DNA of 64,000 bases from an uncultured Acidobacteriota bacterium (GTDB taxonomy: Bacteria > Acidobacteriota > UBA6911 > RPQK01 > JAPXNP01): assembly GCA_963777605.1 (NCBI GenBank), contig CAVZRV010000029.1, positions 192,001 through 256,000 on the forward strand. The letters run 5' to 3'. The position numbers and the translations under genes are program-made. Every line of letters begins with the position of its first letter. Position 1 is the first letter of the stretch. Of this stretch, positions 47,799 to 59,546 are shown piece by piece. The notes beneath the pieces are model-generated. The model worked only from the letters and a program-made list of their open reading frames with translations. It had not been told where the DNA came from and made no database searches.

Positions 47799-48506
47799 TT
47801 AGTCGGGTCTCCGGGACTCCACCCGGCGCATTTCGTGGTTCAGATCATCGATCCTGCGGTCGAGACGCTGGACTTCTCCGCGAAGCCAGTTCAGATCTCC
47901 GGACACCTTGGTCTGAAGATCCGAAATGGATGAACTTTGTGAAGCAACCCGCTCCAGGATCGCGGTCCGAACCGTTTCGGACTCTTTTGAGTGCCCCTTA
48001 AGCTCATCTTCGATCTGGGACTTGATCGTCTCGATTCGCCCGGCAATCGTGTTCAGCGTGGCCGTGGACTGTGTAATGTGTTGCTGGCACGCTTCGATTT
48101 CACGCTTGAGTTGATCCGCTGCGGAGCCCCGCTTGGAGGATTCATCCTCGAGCGCCGCGGCAATGCGGTCCATCGAATTGCGGGTTTCCTCCAGAAGTTT
48201 CTTGTTCTCCTGGATTTCTTCGCCTTTCGAGTCGACCGCCGTACTCAGCACCTCGCTGAACTTCTTGTCTTTGCCTGCCAGTTCCGTCCCGATCAGTTCG
48301 TAAAGTCGCTCGATCTGCTGGACCTGGCCCTCGAGTCCCCTGCGTTCCCGGCTTTCGCGATTGATATCCTGTTTCAGTTCATCAAAAAGTTTGTTCTGGC
48401 GGGTAAACTGGTAGGCGGAGTAGCCGAATAAACCTCCCCCGACGGCAATGATCAGCAGCAACCACAGGGTTGTAGTAACCGCTGACCCGCGTTCTCCGTT
48501 TGTCAT
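47799..48506 (-). CDS. Membrane-anchored coiled-coil hypothetical protein
   Basis: One N-terminal TM segment followed by heptad-rich charged helices. Confidence 0.7.
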   Translation of the reverse strand: MTNGERGSAVTTTLWLLLIIAVGGGLFGYSAYQFTRQNKLFDELKQDINRESRERRGLEGQVQQIERLYELIGTELAGKDKKFSEVLSTAVDSKGEEIQENKKLLEETRNSMDRIAAALEDESSKRGSAADQLKREIEACQQHITQSTATLNTIAGRIETIKSQIEDELKGHSKESETVRTAILERVASQSSSISDLQTKVSGDLNWLRGEVQRLDRRIDDLNHEMRRVESRRPD

Positions 48507-48734
48507 ATCGGTGAGCCTCCCATCGCGATTATAACGGCAGCCGGGTCAATACGCGAACGACTGGCGGAACCCGGTTTCGCTCACCGGTTTGTCTATCACC
48601 TGCTGGCCGCCAGCCCGCCGGATGTCCAGCGGGACTTGCTGGAAAATCTCTGTTTTCTCGAAGTCGGCGTCCGATCCCAACCGCCCGAACGGCATCTACA
48701 TTATCCGGTTTCGAAAGGGTGAGGTCTGAGTTGT

Positions 48735-49034
48735 TTACTGTACGAAATCAAGGGGTGGTTCGGGACTTCCCTGGTGCTCACGGATCTCGCCGAACTTCTC
48801 CTCGAAACGGCGGATGTTCTCTCCCAGGGCACGGTGAAATCGCTTGGCGTGACCAGGGCTCGTAATGATGCTGGCCTGAAGCTGCCCGACCATGTTGTCC
48901 GGAGCTACGTAGAGAAACCGGATGGTGAACTCTTCCGCGGTGTGGGTGATCTGTGCCAGGGTGGAATATCTTCCAAAGAGCTCGTTTTCGGCTGCCTTTA
49001 CCTGAATGCCCTGCGGGTCTCTCTTGTCGTCCAT
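48735..49034 (-). CDS. DUF3467-like protein
   Basis: GRYS...ITHT.EEF, IITSPGHAKRF..AL.ENI.RFE.KFGEI. Confidence 0.8.
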   Translation of the reverse strand: MDDKRDPQGIQVKAAENELFGRYSTLAQITHTAEEFTIRFLYVAPDNMVGQLQASIITSPGHAKRFHRALGENIRRFEEKFGEIREHQGSPEPPLDFVQ

Positions 49035-49069
49035 TAAGAATCTCCTCTTGTCTGTCGTCGGAACGAGGG

Positions 49070-52000
49070 TCAGTGCCTTCGAACCTTGTCGAACTGCTCT
49101 CGTACGGTCCGAGCCAGTATACGGGTATCGTAGGGTTTCGGGATGAGGCCGGCGACGCCGATCTCCGCGGCCGCCCGGGTCAGGGTCTCGTTGGGGGCAC
49201 CGGTGCAGAGGATGATCGGCAGTTCCGGATTGGTAGCCCGGATCTGTCTGGCAAGTTCGAGGCCCGTCATGCCCGGCATGGTCTGATCGGAAATGACCAA
49301 CTGGATGGTATCGCGCATCCGCGCCAGAACTTCGGTGGCCTCCTGCCCATTGGTTGCGGTGATGACCTGGTAGCCGAGGCGGCGCAGAAATTTCTGTCCG
49401 AAATTCACCAGCCCAATTTCATCGTCAACGAAGAGGATCGTTTCGGTCCCGACCGGATAGGCCTCGTAATTTTGGGGATCAAACAGTTCATTCTGAGTGG
49501 GAGCTGCCGGGATGGTCATGCAGACACGGGTGCCTTCTCCGACCTGGCTCTGAACTTCAATTTGGCCGCCCACGCTCTGGATGATTCCCTGGACTACCGA
49601 GAGGCCCAGGCCTGTCCCTTTTCCCGGATCCTTGGTGGTAAAAAACGGGTCGAAAATCCGATCGATCAGGTGAGGGGGGATCCCGCAACCGGTGTCCTCC
49701 ACCTCGAGTATCACATTCTCGCTCCGCTCTGCGCTTTCCTCATCTTCGATTTCTTTTCTGGGGGCCTGCGCGGAGAGGCGGATCGTCATGACCCCTCCGG
49801 ACGCCTCCATCGCATGAGCAGCGTTCGTGCCGAGGTTGACGATCAATTGGTGGATTTCCGTGGGATCGCCCAGGATCGAGGGGATGGGGCCGACGATCTC
49901 CTTCTGGAACTCAATTGTTGTCGGCAGGGTTGCCCGCAGCAACTTGATCGCCTCCCGGACTGCGCTCTCAGGATTGAGAGGCCTCCGATCGAGAGCGCCT
50001 TTTCGGCTGAAGGTCAGAATCTGGGCGACAAGCGCCTTGGCCCTCTCCGCTGCCCGGAGAACCATCTGGAGATCCTGGTAAGTCTGGCTTTCGGGTTCGA
50101 CCCCTTCGTCGATAGCGAGTTCCGTGTTGCCGATGATGACGCTCAGGATGTTGTTGAAGTCATGGGCGATGCCTCCGGCCAGGGTGCCGATGGCTTCCAG
50201 TTTCTGCTGCTGACGGAGGCGTTGATCCCGCTCCCGTTTCTCAGAGATGTCCCGGACAAGCGCCAGAATTTGTCTTCCCTTCGGCATGGTGACGACCTGC
50301 GCGTCCATTTCGATAGGCAGGGCCGGTCCCTCAGGGTGCTGAAACTCCATTTCGAGTCCCCGGATCGGCCCGGTACGATCCGAGGTCTGGATTGCCGACC
50401 GGCATCGTGCCTGGTCTGTCGACGAGAGCAGGCTCCAGAACGACTGCCCGGTCCAGCGATCTCGTCCAGGGGCGCCGGCCATCTCCGCGAACGCGTTGTT
50501 GGCATCGCTGATCAATCCGCTCTTCTGTTCGAAAATGGCGAAGCCGGTGTTGGTCAACTCCACCAGGCTGCGGTACTTGCGCTCGCTTTCCTCCAACGCT
50601 TCCTTGTCTGCCTTGGATTCGGTGATGTCGTCGTAGCAGCCCAGGATCCCGATGACCTGCCCGTCGGAGGACCGCAGCGGAATCTTCCAGGTCCGGATCC
50701 ATGAGTAGGATCCGTCACTGCGAGGCTGGACTTCCTCATAGCTCAGCTTGGGCTGTCCCGTCGTCATGATCTCGCGGTCGTCTGCCTGGTACCGGGACGC
50801 CTGGTCTTTCCAGGTCATCTCGGCGTCAGATTTCCCAACGATCTCCCGTGCGTCCTTTAAACCGGCGTCGCGGGTGAAGTTGACGTTGCAGCCCAGAAAC
50901 CGGCTCTCGCGGTCTTTCCAGAACACCCGTACAGGAATGGTGTCGAGGACCGCACGAAGCATGTCTTCGGATTCACGACGGGCCTGGTCCATCCGGTGCC
51001 TTCGAGTCACGTCGCGGACAAGCGCCTGGAGGTAGTGGACGTCGAGTACCTCCACCGATGTCATCGAGATTTCGGTGTTAATGATCTCGCCGGTTGCTTT
51101 TTGAAGGACCGTTTCGAAGAACTGGTGGTTGCCTCCCGATGCCGCATCGATACGCTGGCGTAGACGATTGGGTTGGCTGTGCGAAATCACTTCGGGTCCA
51201 GGACCGAAGTAGAGCAGCGATTTCCCGATGAGTTCGTCTCTTGGGAGTCCGAGCATGAAGACCGCCGTCGGGTTGCAATCGACAATGGTATCTCCAGAGA
51301 GCATCAGGATCGCGTCTTGAGCTCCCACGAACAGGGCGCGATACTTGGTGTAGCTTTCCATCACCTCCTCGCGCGCCTTCTGGATCTCGGTAATGTCCCT
51401 TCCTTCCGGGAGTAGAAAGACCACCTCACCGGCATCGTTCAAAATTGGGGTGATCGAGACGTCAAAGCTGCGCTGGGCCCCGGAGAGGTCAATGTGAGTA
51501 CTCTCGAACCGGACGAACTCTCCTGCGGCGGCGTGGCGAATTGCGTCGTGTAGATCGGCTTGGATATTGGGATCGTAGGCCCACCAGGGAGTTTCCCAGA
51601 ACGGCCTTCCGAGGACGTCGGAGCGCGAGACCCCGGCAAAGGTCAGAGCCGAATCGTTGGCATCCAGCAGAACTCCGGCGGGCGACAATAGCCCGATGAA
51701 CTGGAACGTCTGGTTGAAGATCGCCCGAAACTTCTCTTCGCTTTCCCTGAGCGCTCTTTCAGTTCGCTTCCGGTCACTGATGTCGCGCCAGGTACAGTAA
51801 AGAAGATCCTTGGCTCCCAGTCGGATCCTCGCCAGCGTCACCTCTACAGGGAGATTCTCTCCGTTGGCTTTGAGGTGCTCCCAGTTGAAACGGTGAACGC
51901 CCCTCTCGTTGGCAATCTGGATCATCGCGCTCGCCTTCGCCTCGGAAGGCATCCCATCCGACTGGACTGGAGGAGAGAGTTGAGAGGGGTGCCGCGAGAG

Positions 52001-52177
52001 CAGGCCCTCACGGTCGTCGTAGCCCATGGCGCTGACTGCGGCCCTGTTGCAATCGACGAACACTTCGCCGTCGATCAACCAGCCCGGGTCGGGCGAATGT
52101 TCGAACAGGTGTCTGAACAGACGTTCGGACCGGTCTTCTGGACCGTCGTCGATTCCGGAGCTAAGTCTCGGATCCAA
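49070..52177 (-). CDS. Hybrid sensor kinase with five PAS/PAC domains, HisKA, HATPase and REC
   Basis: [25 protein letters not shown]; likely TTG start at 52177 after GGGGAGG. The ORF-track extension to 52714 is partly leuS sequence. Confidence 0.88.
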   Translation of the reverse strand: MDPRLSSGIDDGPEDRSERLFRHLFEHSPDPGWLIDGEVFVDCNRAAVSAMGYDDREGLLSRHPSQLSPPVQSDGMPSEAKASAMIQIANERGVHRFNWEHLKANGENLPVEVTLARIRLGAKDLLYCTWRDISDRKRTERALRESEEKFRAIFNQTFQFIGLLSPAGVLLDANDSALTFAGVSRSDVLGRPFWETPWWAYDPNIQADLHDAIRHAAAGEFVRFESTHIDLSGAQRSFDVSITPILNDAGEVVFLLPEGRDITEIQKAREEVMESYTKYRALFVGAQDAILMLSGDTIVDCNPTAVFMLGLPRDELIGKSLLYFGPGPEVISHSQPNRLRQRIDAASGGNHQFFETVLQKATGEIINTEISMTSVEVLDVHYLQALVRDVTRRHRMDQARRESEDMLRAVLDTIPVRVFWKDRESRFLGCNVNFTRDAGLKDAREIVGKSDAEMTWKDQASRYQADDREIMTTGQPKLSYEEVQPRSDGSYSWIRTWKIPLRSSDGQVIGILGCYDDITESKADKEALEESERKYRSLVELTNTGFAIFEQKSGLISDANNAFAEMAGAPGRDRWTGQSFWSLLSSTDQARCRSAIQTSDRTGPIRGLEMEFQHPEGPALPIEMDAQVVTMPKGRQILALVRDISEKRERDQRLRQQQKLEAIGTLAGGIAHDFNNILSVIIGNTELAIDEGVEPESQTYQDLQMVLRAAERAKALVAQILTFSRKGALDRRPLNPESAVREAIKLLRATLPTTIEFQKEIVGPIPSILGDPTEIHQLIVNLGTNAAHAMEASGGVMTIRLSAQAPRKEIEDEESAERSENVILEVEDTGCGIPPHLIDRIFDPFFTTKDPGKGTGLGLSVVQGIIQSVGGQIEVQSQVGEGTRVCMTIPAAPTQNELFDPQNYEAYPVGTETILFVDDEIGLVNFGQKFLRRLGYQVITATNGQEATEVLARMRDTIQLVISDQTMPGMTGLELARQIRATNPELPIILCTGAPNETLTRAAAEIGVAGLIPKPYDTRILARTVREQFDKVRRH

Positions 52178-52280
52178 ATACGCCTCCCCCAAGTCAAACG
52201 AGCGACTTGCCGGACCCGTCGCCCGAACCCTGGACTGGGACAAGAGGCGTTCCCAATTGTCCCGGGTTTTCGGGGCGAAC

Positions 52281-54708
52281 TTACCGTACCACGAAATTGA
52301 CCAGGCTCTTCTCTCCTTTTCGGACGAATATAACTTTTCGAATAGTTCGGCCTTCGAGATAGCCCACCAACTTCCTGAGTGGCAAGCTCTTTGATTGCCG
52401 ATTCTTCCATGTCCGCCGGAACGGAAACCCTGGCCCGGAGCTTTCCGTTGACCTGGATCTGGAATCTCGATGACATCTTCAGCCGCCTCATCCGGGGTCA
52501 AATATGGGCCAGGGATGGTTGCTGACGCATTCATGCGTGTCCAAGACGCTGCCAAAGCTCTTCTGCGATATGCGGGAGCAAACGGCGCCAGCAGGAGCAG
52601 GAAGCGTTCCCAGTCTTCGCGGCGCACCAGCTCGAGCGTGCCGAAACGGTTCGCCAGGGTCATCAGTGCCGAGACCGCCGTGTTGAACTTCATCGCTTCG
52701 ACCCGTTCACCCACTTCGCGGATGGTCTTGTGAACCAGTCGGTTCGTGTCGGCGTCGGCTGCGACTATCGGAACTGACCTTCTCCTGGAGATCCCAGACC
52801 CTCTGCAAGAACCGGCTCATCCCGACCAGACCCTGGGTTGACCACGGGATTGGCTGGTCAAATGGACCCATGAAGAGTTCGTAAAGTCGGAAGGAGTCGG
52901 CTCCATAGGCATCGACCATTTCATCGGGGTTGACTACGTTTCCCCGGGATTTCGACATCTTCTCGCCGTTTTCACCGAGGATGAGCCCGTGAGAAGTCCG
53001 CTTCTGGTAGGGTTCCGTCGTCGGAACCACCCCGATGTCGTACAGGAACTTGTGCCAGAACCGCGAGTAGAGCAGGTGGAGGGTGGTGTGTTCCATTCCG
53101 CCGTTGTACCAGTCAACCGGGGTCCAGTAATCGAGCGTCTCCCGGGACGCCAGCGCCTGGTCGTTTCGGGGATCAATGTAACGCAGGAAGTACCAGGACG
53201 AACCGGCCCACTGGGGCATGGTATCGGTTTCCCGGCGTGCCGGGCCGCCGCACTTGGGGCACTCGGTGTTGACCCACTCGTCGAGCGCCGCCAGTGGGGA
53301 CTCGCCTGATTCGGTCGTTCGGTACTGTTCGACTTCGGGAAGTTCCAGAGGAAGCTGATCCTCAGGTAGCGGCACCCAGCCGCAGGCCGGGCAGTCGACC
53401 ATTGGAATCGGCTCGCCCCAGTACCGCTGCCGGCTGAAGACCCAGTCGCGCAGCCGGAACTGAATCGAGGCCGTACCGTAGCCTTCCCGCCTCACGATCT
53501 CGGTCATCTTCATGATGGCCTCGGATGGCTTCAGGCCGTTCAGCGGGCCGGAGTTGACGAGTGTCCCTTTCTCGATCTCGACAAAAGCTTCCTTCTCAAT
53601 GTCCCCGCCCGAGATGACTTCGACAACAGGCAATCCGTATTTTCGCGCGAAACGCCAGTCGCGCTCGTCGTGACCCGGTACCGCCATGATTGCGCCGGTG
53701 CCGTAGGAGATCAGGACGTAGTCGGCGATCCAAATCGGGATTTCGTCACCATTGGCCGGGTTCTTGGCCCGGACGCCCTTCAGTTCGACCCCGGTAACCT
53801 CCTTGGCGACTTCAGTTCTCTCGAAATCGGACTTGCGCGCAGCCGACTCTCGATATGCCCGAATTTCATCAGGGTTTTCCGACGAATCCAGCAGTTCGTC
53901 CACCAGGGGGTGTTCGGGAGCCAGGACCATGTAGGTTACGCCGAACAAGCGTGTCCGGACGGGTCGTGAACACTCTCATCACCTTGTCCGGTTGGCCGGC
54001 TACGAGGAAGTCAACCTCCGCCCCGGTTGACTTTCCGATCCAGTTGGATTGCTGGGCCTTGATCTTGTCCAGAAAGTCGACCGTGTCGAGATCGCTCAGC
54101 AGTCGTTCCGCGTACCGGGTGATGCGCAGCATCCACTGGCTGCGGTTACGCCGGACAACCGTGCCCCCGCACCGTTCACAAACGCCGCCCACCACTTCTT
54201 CGTTTGCCAGACCGACTTTGCAAGACTGGCACCAGTTGACCGGCATCTCGTTCTTGTAGGCCAGTCCGTTTTCCCAGAGTTTCAGGAAGATCCACTGGGT
54301 CCACTTGTAGTAGCCGGGATCGGTCGTGTTGATCTCTCGGTTCCAGTCGAAAGAGAAGCCCAACCGCTTCAACTGAAACCGAAACCGGTTGATGTTACGT
54401 TCGGTCACGATTCGGGGGTGCTGGCCGGTTTTGATCGCGAAATTCTCCGTCGGGAGCCCGAACGCGTCCCAGCCGATCGGGTACAGCACGTTGAACCCGT
54501 CCATTCGTCGCTTGCGGGCGACGATGTCAAGGGCGGTGTAGCTTCTGGGATGACCAACGTGGAGCCCCTCGCCGGAAGGGTAGGGGAATTCGATCAGGAC
54601 ATAGAACTTGTCCCTGCTCGGGTCGTCTGTGGCCGCAAAAAGATCCAGTTCGGCCCAGCGCCGCTGCCATCGCGTTTCAATCTCTTCAAAGTTGTACTCG
54701 GAACCCAT
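52281..54708 (-). CDS. leuS: Leucine--tRNA ligase, split by several frameshifts (probably sequencing errors)
   Basis: [57 protein letters not shown]-stop across successive frames. Confidence 0.95.
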
Positions 54709-54954
54709 AAGGTTGTCCTTTTCCTTCGTCAGCTGCCGGCCGTTCATCGGCACGAAATCTTCTCCGACGGACCGCCCGCCTCCAAATTCCCGCGGCCGAT
54801 CGTATTCTAACGTGATACAGCTTTTCAGTCTTCTCGGCTCTCCTGTGTCTGCCGGGGTTAGCGATCCGGACGAGAGCCGTTGACAGAACCTCAACCCCAC
54901 AAACCCCAAATTGACATCCTTACTCCGTTGTGAGACCGTCGCGGACGATTATCA

Positions 54955-55407
54955 ATGACACGCATCACCTTCGGCACGACAGTAACCATTCACTACACCC
55001 TTACCGTTGATGGTTCCGTTCTGGACTCGACTGAGGGCGCTGCCCCAGTGACTTACATCCAGGGCCAGGGTCAGCTGATTCCCGGACTGGAAGAGAAACT
55101 GGAAGGCCTTCGCGAAGGTGACAAGACGCGTGCGGTGGTTCCTCCGGAAAAGGCCTATGGTACCTACCGGCCGGAAAGTGTTCACGAGATCGAACGTTCC
55201 GTCTTCACCAATCCTGAAGAGGTGACCCCCGGGATGATGGTAGAGGGGCGAAACCGCCTCGGAGCCCCGTTCCGGGCCAAGGTGCTCGAGGTGCGGGAGA
55301 ATGGCTTCCTCGTCGATCTCAACCATCCTTTCGCCGGCAAGTATCTCGAGTTTGAGGTGGAAATCGTCTCAGTGACCGCTCCCGAGACTCGGGAAATAGA
55401 AGGCTGA
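54955..55407 (+). CDS. slyD: FKBP-type peptidyl-prolyl isomerase, SlyD-like without His tail
   Basis: VTIHYTL, LIPGLEE.L, PPEKAYG, DLNHPFAGK. Confidence 0.88.
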   Translation: MTRITFGTTVTIHYTLTVDGSVLDSTEGAAPVTYIQGQGQLIPGLEEKLEGLREGDKTRAVVPPEKAYGTYRPESVHEIERSVFTNPEEVTPGMMVEGRNRLGAPFRAKVLEVRENGFLVDLNHPFAGKYLEFEVEIVSVTAPETREIEG

Positions 55408-55414
55408 ACCGATG

Positions 55415-55505
55415 TGGAGTGCGGAAGCGATAGCTTCCGCTTTGTGTGCCCGAGTGCGGCTAGTGTTCAATCGTCGTTAGGAAGCGAAAGCTTCCGTAAC
55501 CTCCG
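55415..55505. repeat. REP-like hairpin doublet
   Basis: TGGAGTGCGGAAGC-GATA-GCTTCCGCTTTG plus degenerate partner GGAAGC-GAAA-GCTTCCG. Confidence 0.55.
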
Positions 55506-55786
55506 GACGAGAGGAACCCGGCGCGACCATTACAGGGCGCAATCACCGTGCCGGGACCCCAGACCCAGCGCAAGCCCTGAGCTGGAACCAATGTGCCATG
55601 GACGTGTGTAGGGCCCAGTTTCACTCTTTGAATGGCCAGTGCCGCCTGGAACGGGTTTTACCCGAAACCCGCTTCCCGCTTCAAAGATCAGTTGTAGAAT
55701 TACCCGGACCTTCGAGATCCCGTGCCAGGAGTGGTTGATTCGACGGGCCTCGGAGTGTGCCCTTCAGGGGCAGGAGTGAGGGAAGC

Positions 55787-57257
55787 ATGAAACAGGGGTG
55801 GATTCTAGTTGGGTTGTGCTTTGTCTTGTTTACGCCGGTGCAGGGAGGGACGGTCGACAAGCTGATCGGGCTCCTTACTCAGAAAGGCCTCATCACCGAG
55901 ACGGAGGCTGCGGGGCTTCGGGCCGAACTGGTCCGTGAAACCGCTTGCACCCCCGAAGTTACGATGGAGCTTTCAGCAGGGGAGGACGGGCAAGTTCCCC
56001 AGGCTCCACGGTTCGGGCAGTCTGCCCCGGCCGCTTCCGACTCCGGCGTGACCACCGTTCCCGCTGCGGCACCTGACACGGGACCGGCATCGACCGGCAA
56101 GGATTCCATGACGATCTCGGTCGGTGAGAAGGTGCGTTTTGGTGGAGACCTTCGTCTTCGCTACGACTACCAGGGGCGCAGCTTTGGATCCGGCCAGCCC
56201 GACCACGACCGGGGCCAGCCCCGATTTCGGTTGCGCTTCGGGTTCGAGGCCGAGCCTCTGGAAAATCTGGAAATCGGCGCTCGTTTTGCCTCCGGCTCGG
56301 GGTTCCAGAACACCACTAACCAGAGTTTCGACGACCATGCCCGGGGCAAGCAGATCTTCATCGACCGGGCCTACGCGTCCTGGAAGCCGCACCGGGCGTT
56401 TACCCTGGTCGGCGGAAAGCAGGAAAATCCCTTCTTCACGACCCCGCTCGTGTGGGATGAGGACGTGAACATTGAAGGGCTGTCTGAACTCCTCCAGTGG
56501 AAAGGGGAGCAGGTCGGACTGTTTGCCAACGTCACTCAGTTTGTCGTCGAAGAGGTCAACAACGGGACCACAGCATTGCCCTGGATGGTGGGTGCCCAGG
56601 TTGGGATTTCGGGCAAGCCGGCCGACGGGGTCTCGGTTCGGTTCGGGGCGACCTTTTACAACTTCATGAACCTCGACCTGCTGTCTCCTCAGGGGATTGG
56701 TGATTCCACCACGTTCGTCGGCTACAATCAGGCTTATGGTCAGCAGATGGTCTTCGATAACCGGGGAAGACTCCTCAACGAGTTCCGTGACACCGAGGTG
56801 AACGGAACGGTGACTTTCCAGAAGGTGTTGCCGTTCCCGGTCGAATTCTTCGGTGCCTACTTGAAGAATCACGCTGCCGACATCACGAAACTCCGCGTCA
56901 ACGGGGTCGCGGTGCCGGGAAGTGATCCTGCGCGCCTGCTCGCTTACGGGAATGACAACCGCGATGCGGGTTACCAATTCGGAGTCGCTTTGGGCAACCG
57001 GGGTCACAAAAAGGACGTGAATGTTCAGTATTTATACCAGGCCCTGGAGGATTTCGCTTTTCCTGCCGTCTTTGTCGACTCGGACTTTCACGGGGGCGGA
57101 ACCAACAACCGTGGACATCGGCTCCGCGTCCACTACTATTTCAACAACCGGATCTACTTCCAGAACGTCCTCTTCTTCACGCAGACGGGAGAGCACGGTG
57201 AAAGACGGCCGCCGGGACGAGAACCGGGCCCAACTCGACCTGATCTTCAAGTTCTGA
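55787..57257 (+). CDS. Putative outer-membrane porin; +1 frameshift near 57185
   Basis: LTQKGLIT.TEA N-terminal motif, GDLRLRY, RFRLRFG, IDRAY; alternate frame ends AQLDLIFKF with a barrel-type terminal Phe. Confidence 0.82.
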
Positions 57258-57278
57258 CGACGACCGGTTGGGGCCAGG

Positions 57279-57328
57279 GTAGTCCAGGCCGCCGGCCTGG
57301 TGGGTCGGCCGGGCTGCCAGCCCGGCGG
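57279..57328 (+). repeat. GTAG-type REP-like element
   Basis: GTAGTCCAGGC-CGCCG-GCCTGG followed by a GCCGGGC..GCCCGGC hairpin. Confidence 0.65.
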
Positions 57329-57423
57329 TGGAAGGCCGGAGAGCCAAGACCGGGATGACGGTTTGGCAGGAGTCTCGGCCGATCGCAGGTCGAGGGTAAA
57401 GTTTCGAGAAGCCACCGGGATCA

Positions 57424-57540
57424 GGGGCTGATTGCGAAGCGTTTGGACCGCAGAACATACCCCGATCTTGGGTTCAGTAGGACAGCGTCGCCGAGATGCA
57501 GTACCCCGCTTGGGCCTTTTTGGAGTTTTGCAACAGCCCC
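57424..57540. mobile_element. Possible MITE or IS remnant
   Basis: Ends GGGGCTG(A)TTGCGAA and TTTGCAACAGCCCC form an imperfect terminal inverted repeat. Confidence 0.35.
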
Positions 57541-57687
57541 GGAAGGGAGCTGCCCGGGGTGCAGCCGAAGGCGGAACCTGGGTCCCCAAACCACTCCCCC
57601 TGGGACGTCGGTCACGACGGCGATAGAATCACATCAACGCTGCACATGCATCGGTGCCCCGCCCGGGGAGGAACGGGAGTAGAGGAT

Positions 57688-59022
57688 ATGGCGCGCAAAC
57701 TGCTGATCGGGCTAGCCATCGTTGTTGTCGTCCTGATCGGTCTCGTTGTGATCGTGGCGAGTCGATTCGACTCGGAAACACTCGGACGTGAATTACTGGC
57801 CCGGGCCAGTGCTGCGACCGGAGTTGAACTTGACGCGAAGAGCTTCGAGATCAGTGTGTTCGAAGGTCTCGACATGTCGGGAGTCACGGCCGAGGGCGAC
57901 TACTCACAGGGCCACTACCGGATCAATCTCGACAAGGTGTCCCTCCGTTATCGGCTTCGTCCCCTGCTGGAGGGGACGGTCTCGGTCTCGAAGATCATCC
58001 TCGACGGACCCGACGTGGAGTTGACGGTCACTCCTTCGAAATCAGAGCCCGAGAAGGCTCCCGCGAGCGCGCCCGCCGACGGTTCGACGACCAACTTGAC
58101 CCTGGAGGTTTCTGAGATCCAACTGACCCGGGGCCACGTTGTCGTCCGTCAGGTCGATAACGACGGGAAGCCGGTGAGCACGACTGAGGTCAGGGATCTG
58201 GAGATCACTCTTCGGAATGTCCTGTTCAACCCCGCTGTGTCTTCTCCCGTTGAGCAGGTGTCGGGTCAGGGCGTCGTCTCGGCGCAGGAGGTGCTGCTCA
58301 ATACTCTGGCACTCAAAGACGTGAAGGGGAACCTGGTGCTTGACCAGGGCGTCGCACAGATCCGGGACCTTTCAATGTCTACCGAGTACGGTGATTTGTC
58401 ATCGAACCTGACGCTTGACTTTAAACCGGTGCCCTTTGCGTTCAGCTTCGATGCCCGTGGCGACCCAATCAACGTGAACCAGATTGTCGGCTTGGGGACG
58501 GAGGGAACCTTGGGCAGCGGCCAGCTCGAAATCGAGGGGACGGGGCGCGGGAACGACCCCGAACAGATGGACGCCCATGGAAATCTGCAATTGGCCCCAG
58601 GAAAAATCCCCAACCACACCGTTCTTGCCAAGGCGGCGCAGATCCTGGGGCTCAAGAACCTTGTCGGAGCTCCTTACCAGGCCTCTCCCGCAACGTTTCA
58701 GGTGCGCGACAGGCGGGTGACTCTCGACGGATTCGAACTCAAGTCGGAACTGGCCGCGGTGGGTGTTTCCGGGTGGGCCCAACTCGCGGGACCGATCTCG
58801 ATGGTCGTTACTTTGCTGATTCCGCGCCAGGGGTTGGTCATTCCCCGGGTTCCAACAGTTGTTCTGGATGCGCTGACCGACTCGAACGGGTGGATCCGGA
58901 TTCCCTTCAACGTCACCGGGACCCGCGAAGAACCTGAGGTCACTCTGGACCTGGACTACCTGCTGCGCCAGGGAACCGCCGGAGCCGGCCTGAGACTGCT
59001 GGAAAGGCTCCGAGGGAATTAG
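57688..59022 (+). CDS. AsmA-family protein
   Basis: N-terminal TM anchor, PLLEG.V.V.KI.LDGP.V, C-terminal IPFNVTGT..EP. Confidence 0.8.
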   Translation: MARKLLIGLAIVVVVLIGLVVIVASRFDSETLGRELLARASAATGVELDAKSFEISVFEGLDMSGVTAEGDYSQGHYRINLDKVSLRYRLRPLLEGTVSVSKIILDGPDVELTVTPSKSEPEKAPASAPADGSTTNLTLEVSEIQLTRGHVVVRQVDNDGKPVSTTEVRDLEITLRNVLFNPAVSSPVEQVSGQGVVSAQEVLLNTLALKDVKGNLVLDQGVAQIRDLSMSTEYGDLSSNLTLDFKPVPFAFSFDARGDPINVNQIVGLGTEGTLGSGQLEIEGTGRGNDPEQMDAHGNLQLAPGKIPNHTVLAKAAQILGLKNLVGAPYQASPATFQVRDRRVTLDGFELKSELAAVGVSGWAQLAGPISMVVTLLIPRQGLVIPRVPTVVLDALTDSNGWIRIPFNVTGTREEPEVTLDLDYLLRQGTAGAGLRLLERLRGN

Positions 59023-59195
59023 CTAACGTCGGACGAAGGTCCCCGGTTGTCTCCAGAGTAGAACGACCCCGGTTGCCTTGCGGCTGAAGCCACAGGCCGG
59101 CAAGGAGGTTGCGGGTCATGAGTTTCGGGTTTCGGGAGAATCGAGAATCGGGACTGGGTTAGACGTTCCACGTTCAACCTGTCCCGTTCGGGTAA

Positions 59196-59337
59196 CTGGG
59201 AAGGCAAAGGGTAATCCAGGCATCCCTGCCTGGGATGGCCGCCGCGGCAGCTTGCCTGGCGACGACAAGCTGGGAAGGCAAAGGGTAGTCCAGGCATCCC
59301 TGCCTGGGATGGCGTGCCAGGCAGCTTGCCTGGCGAC
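59196..59337 (+). repeat. Tandem direct repeat of 74-bp period, each unit containing a GTAR-REP
   Basis: CTGGGAAGGCAAAGGGTARTCCAGGCATCCCTGCCTGGGATGGC...GGCAGCTTGCCTGGCGAC at 59196 and 59270. Confidence 0.85.
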
Positions 59338-59546
59338 CACAAACATTTACGATCTACGATCTTTGAGTTGTGATTTATCCTGAAGAATTCCTCCCACGAG
59401 GCTAACCTGACCCCGCACCAGGTTGAACATTGAACCCGGACACTGCTGACCCGAATCCACCGATTCGTCGAAACCAGAGACATGCTCCGGCGAATTTCCC
59501 GAAATCAAAAATCGTAAATCGAAAATCTTCTTGGTATGTTTGCACG

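Noticed and set aside
49070-52714. Apparent LeuRS-fragment / PAS kinase fusion (1214-aa ORF)
   Set aside because: Produced by leuS frameshifts; leuS ends at 52281 and the kinase has its own RBS and TTG at 52177
52281-54708. leuS as a pseudogene, split gene or programmed frameshift
   Set aside because: Multiple scattered insertions also affect neighbouring genes; sequencing error is the simpler explanation
54709-54954. T-box leader upstream of leuS
   Set aside because: No T-box consensus or terminator/antiterminator seen
59196-59337. CRISPR array
   Set aside because: Only two ~68-bp units with a 6-bp gap, no unique spacers and no cas genes
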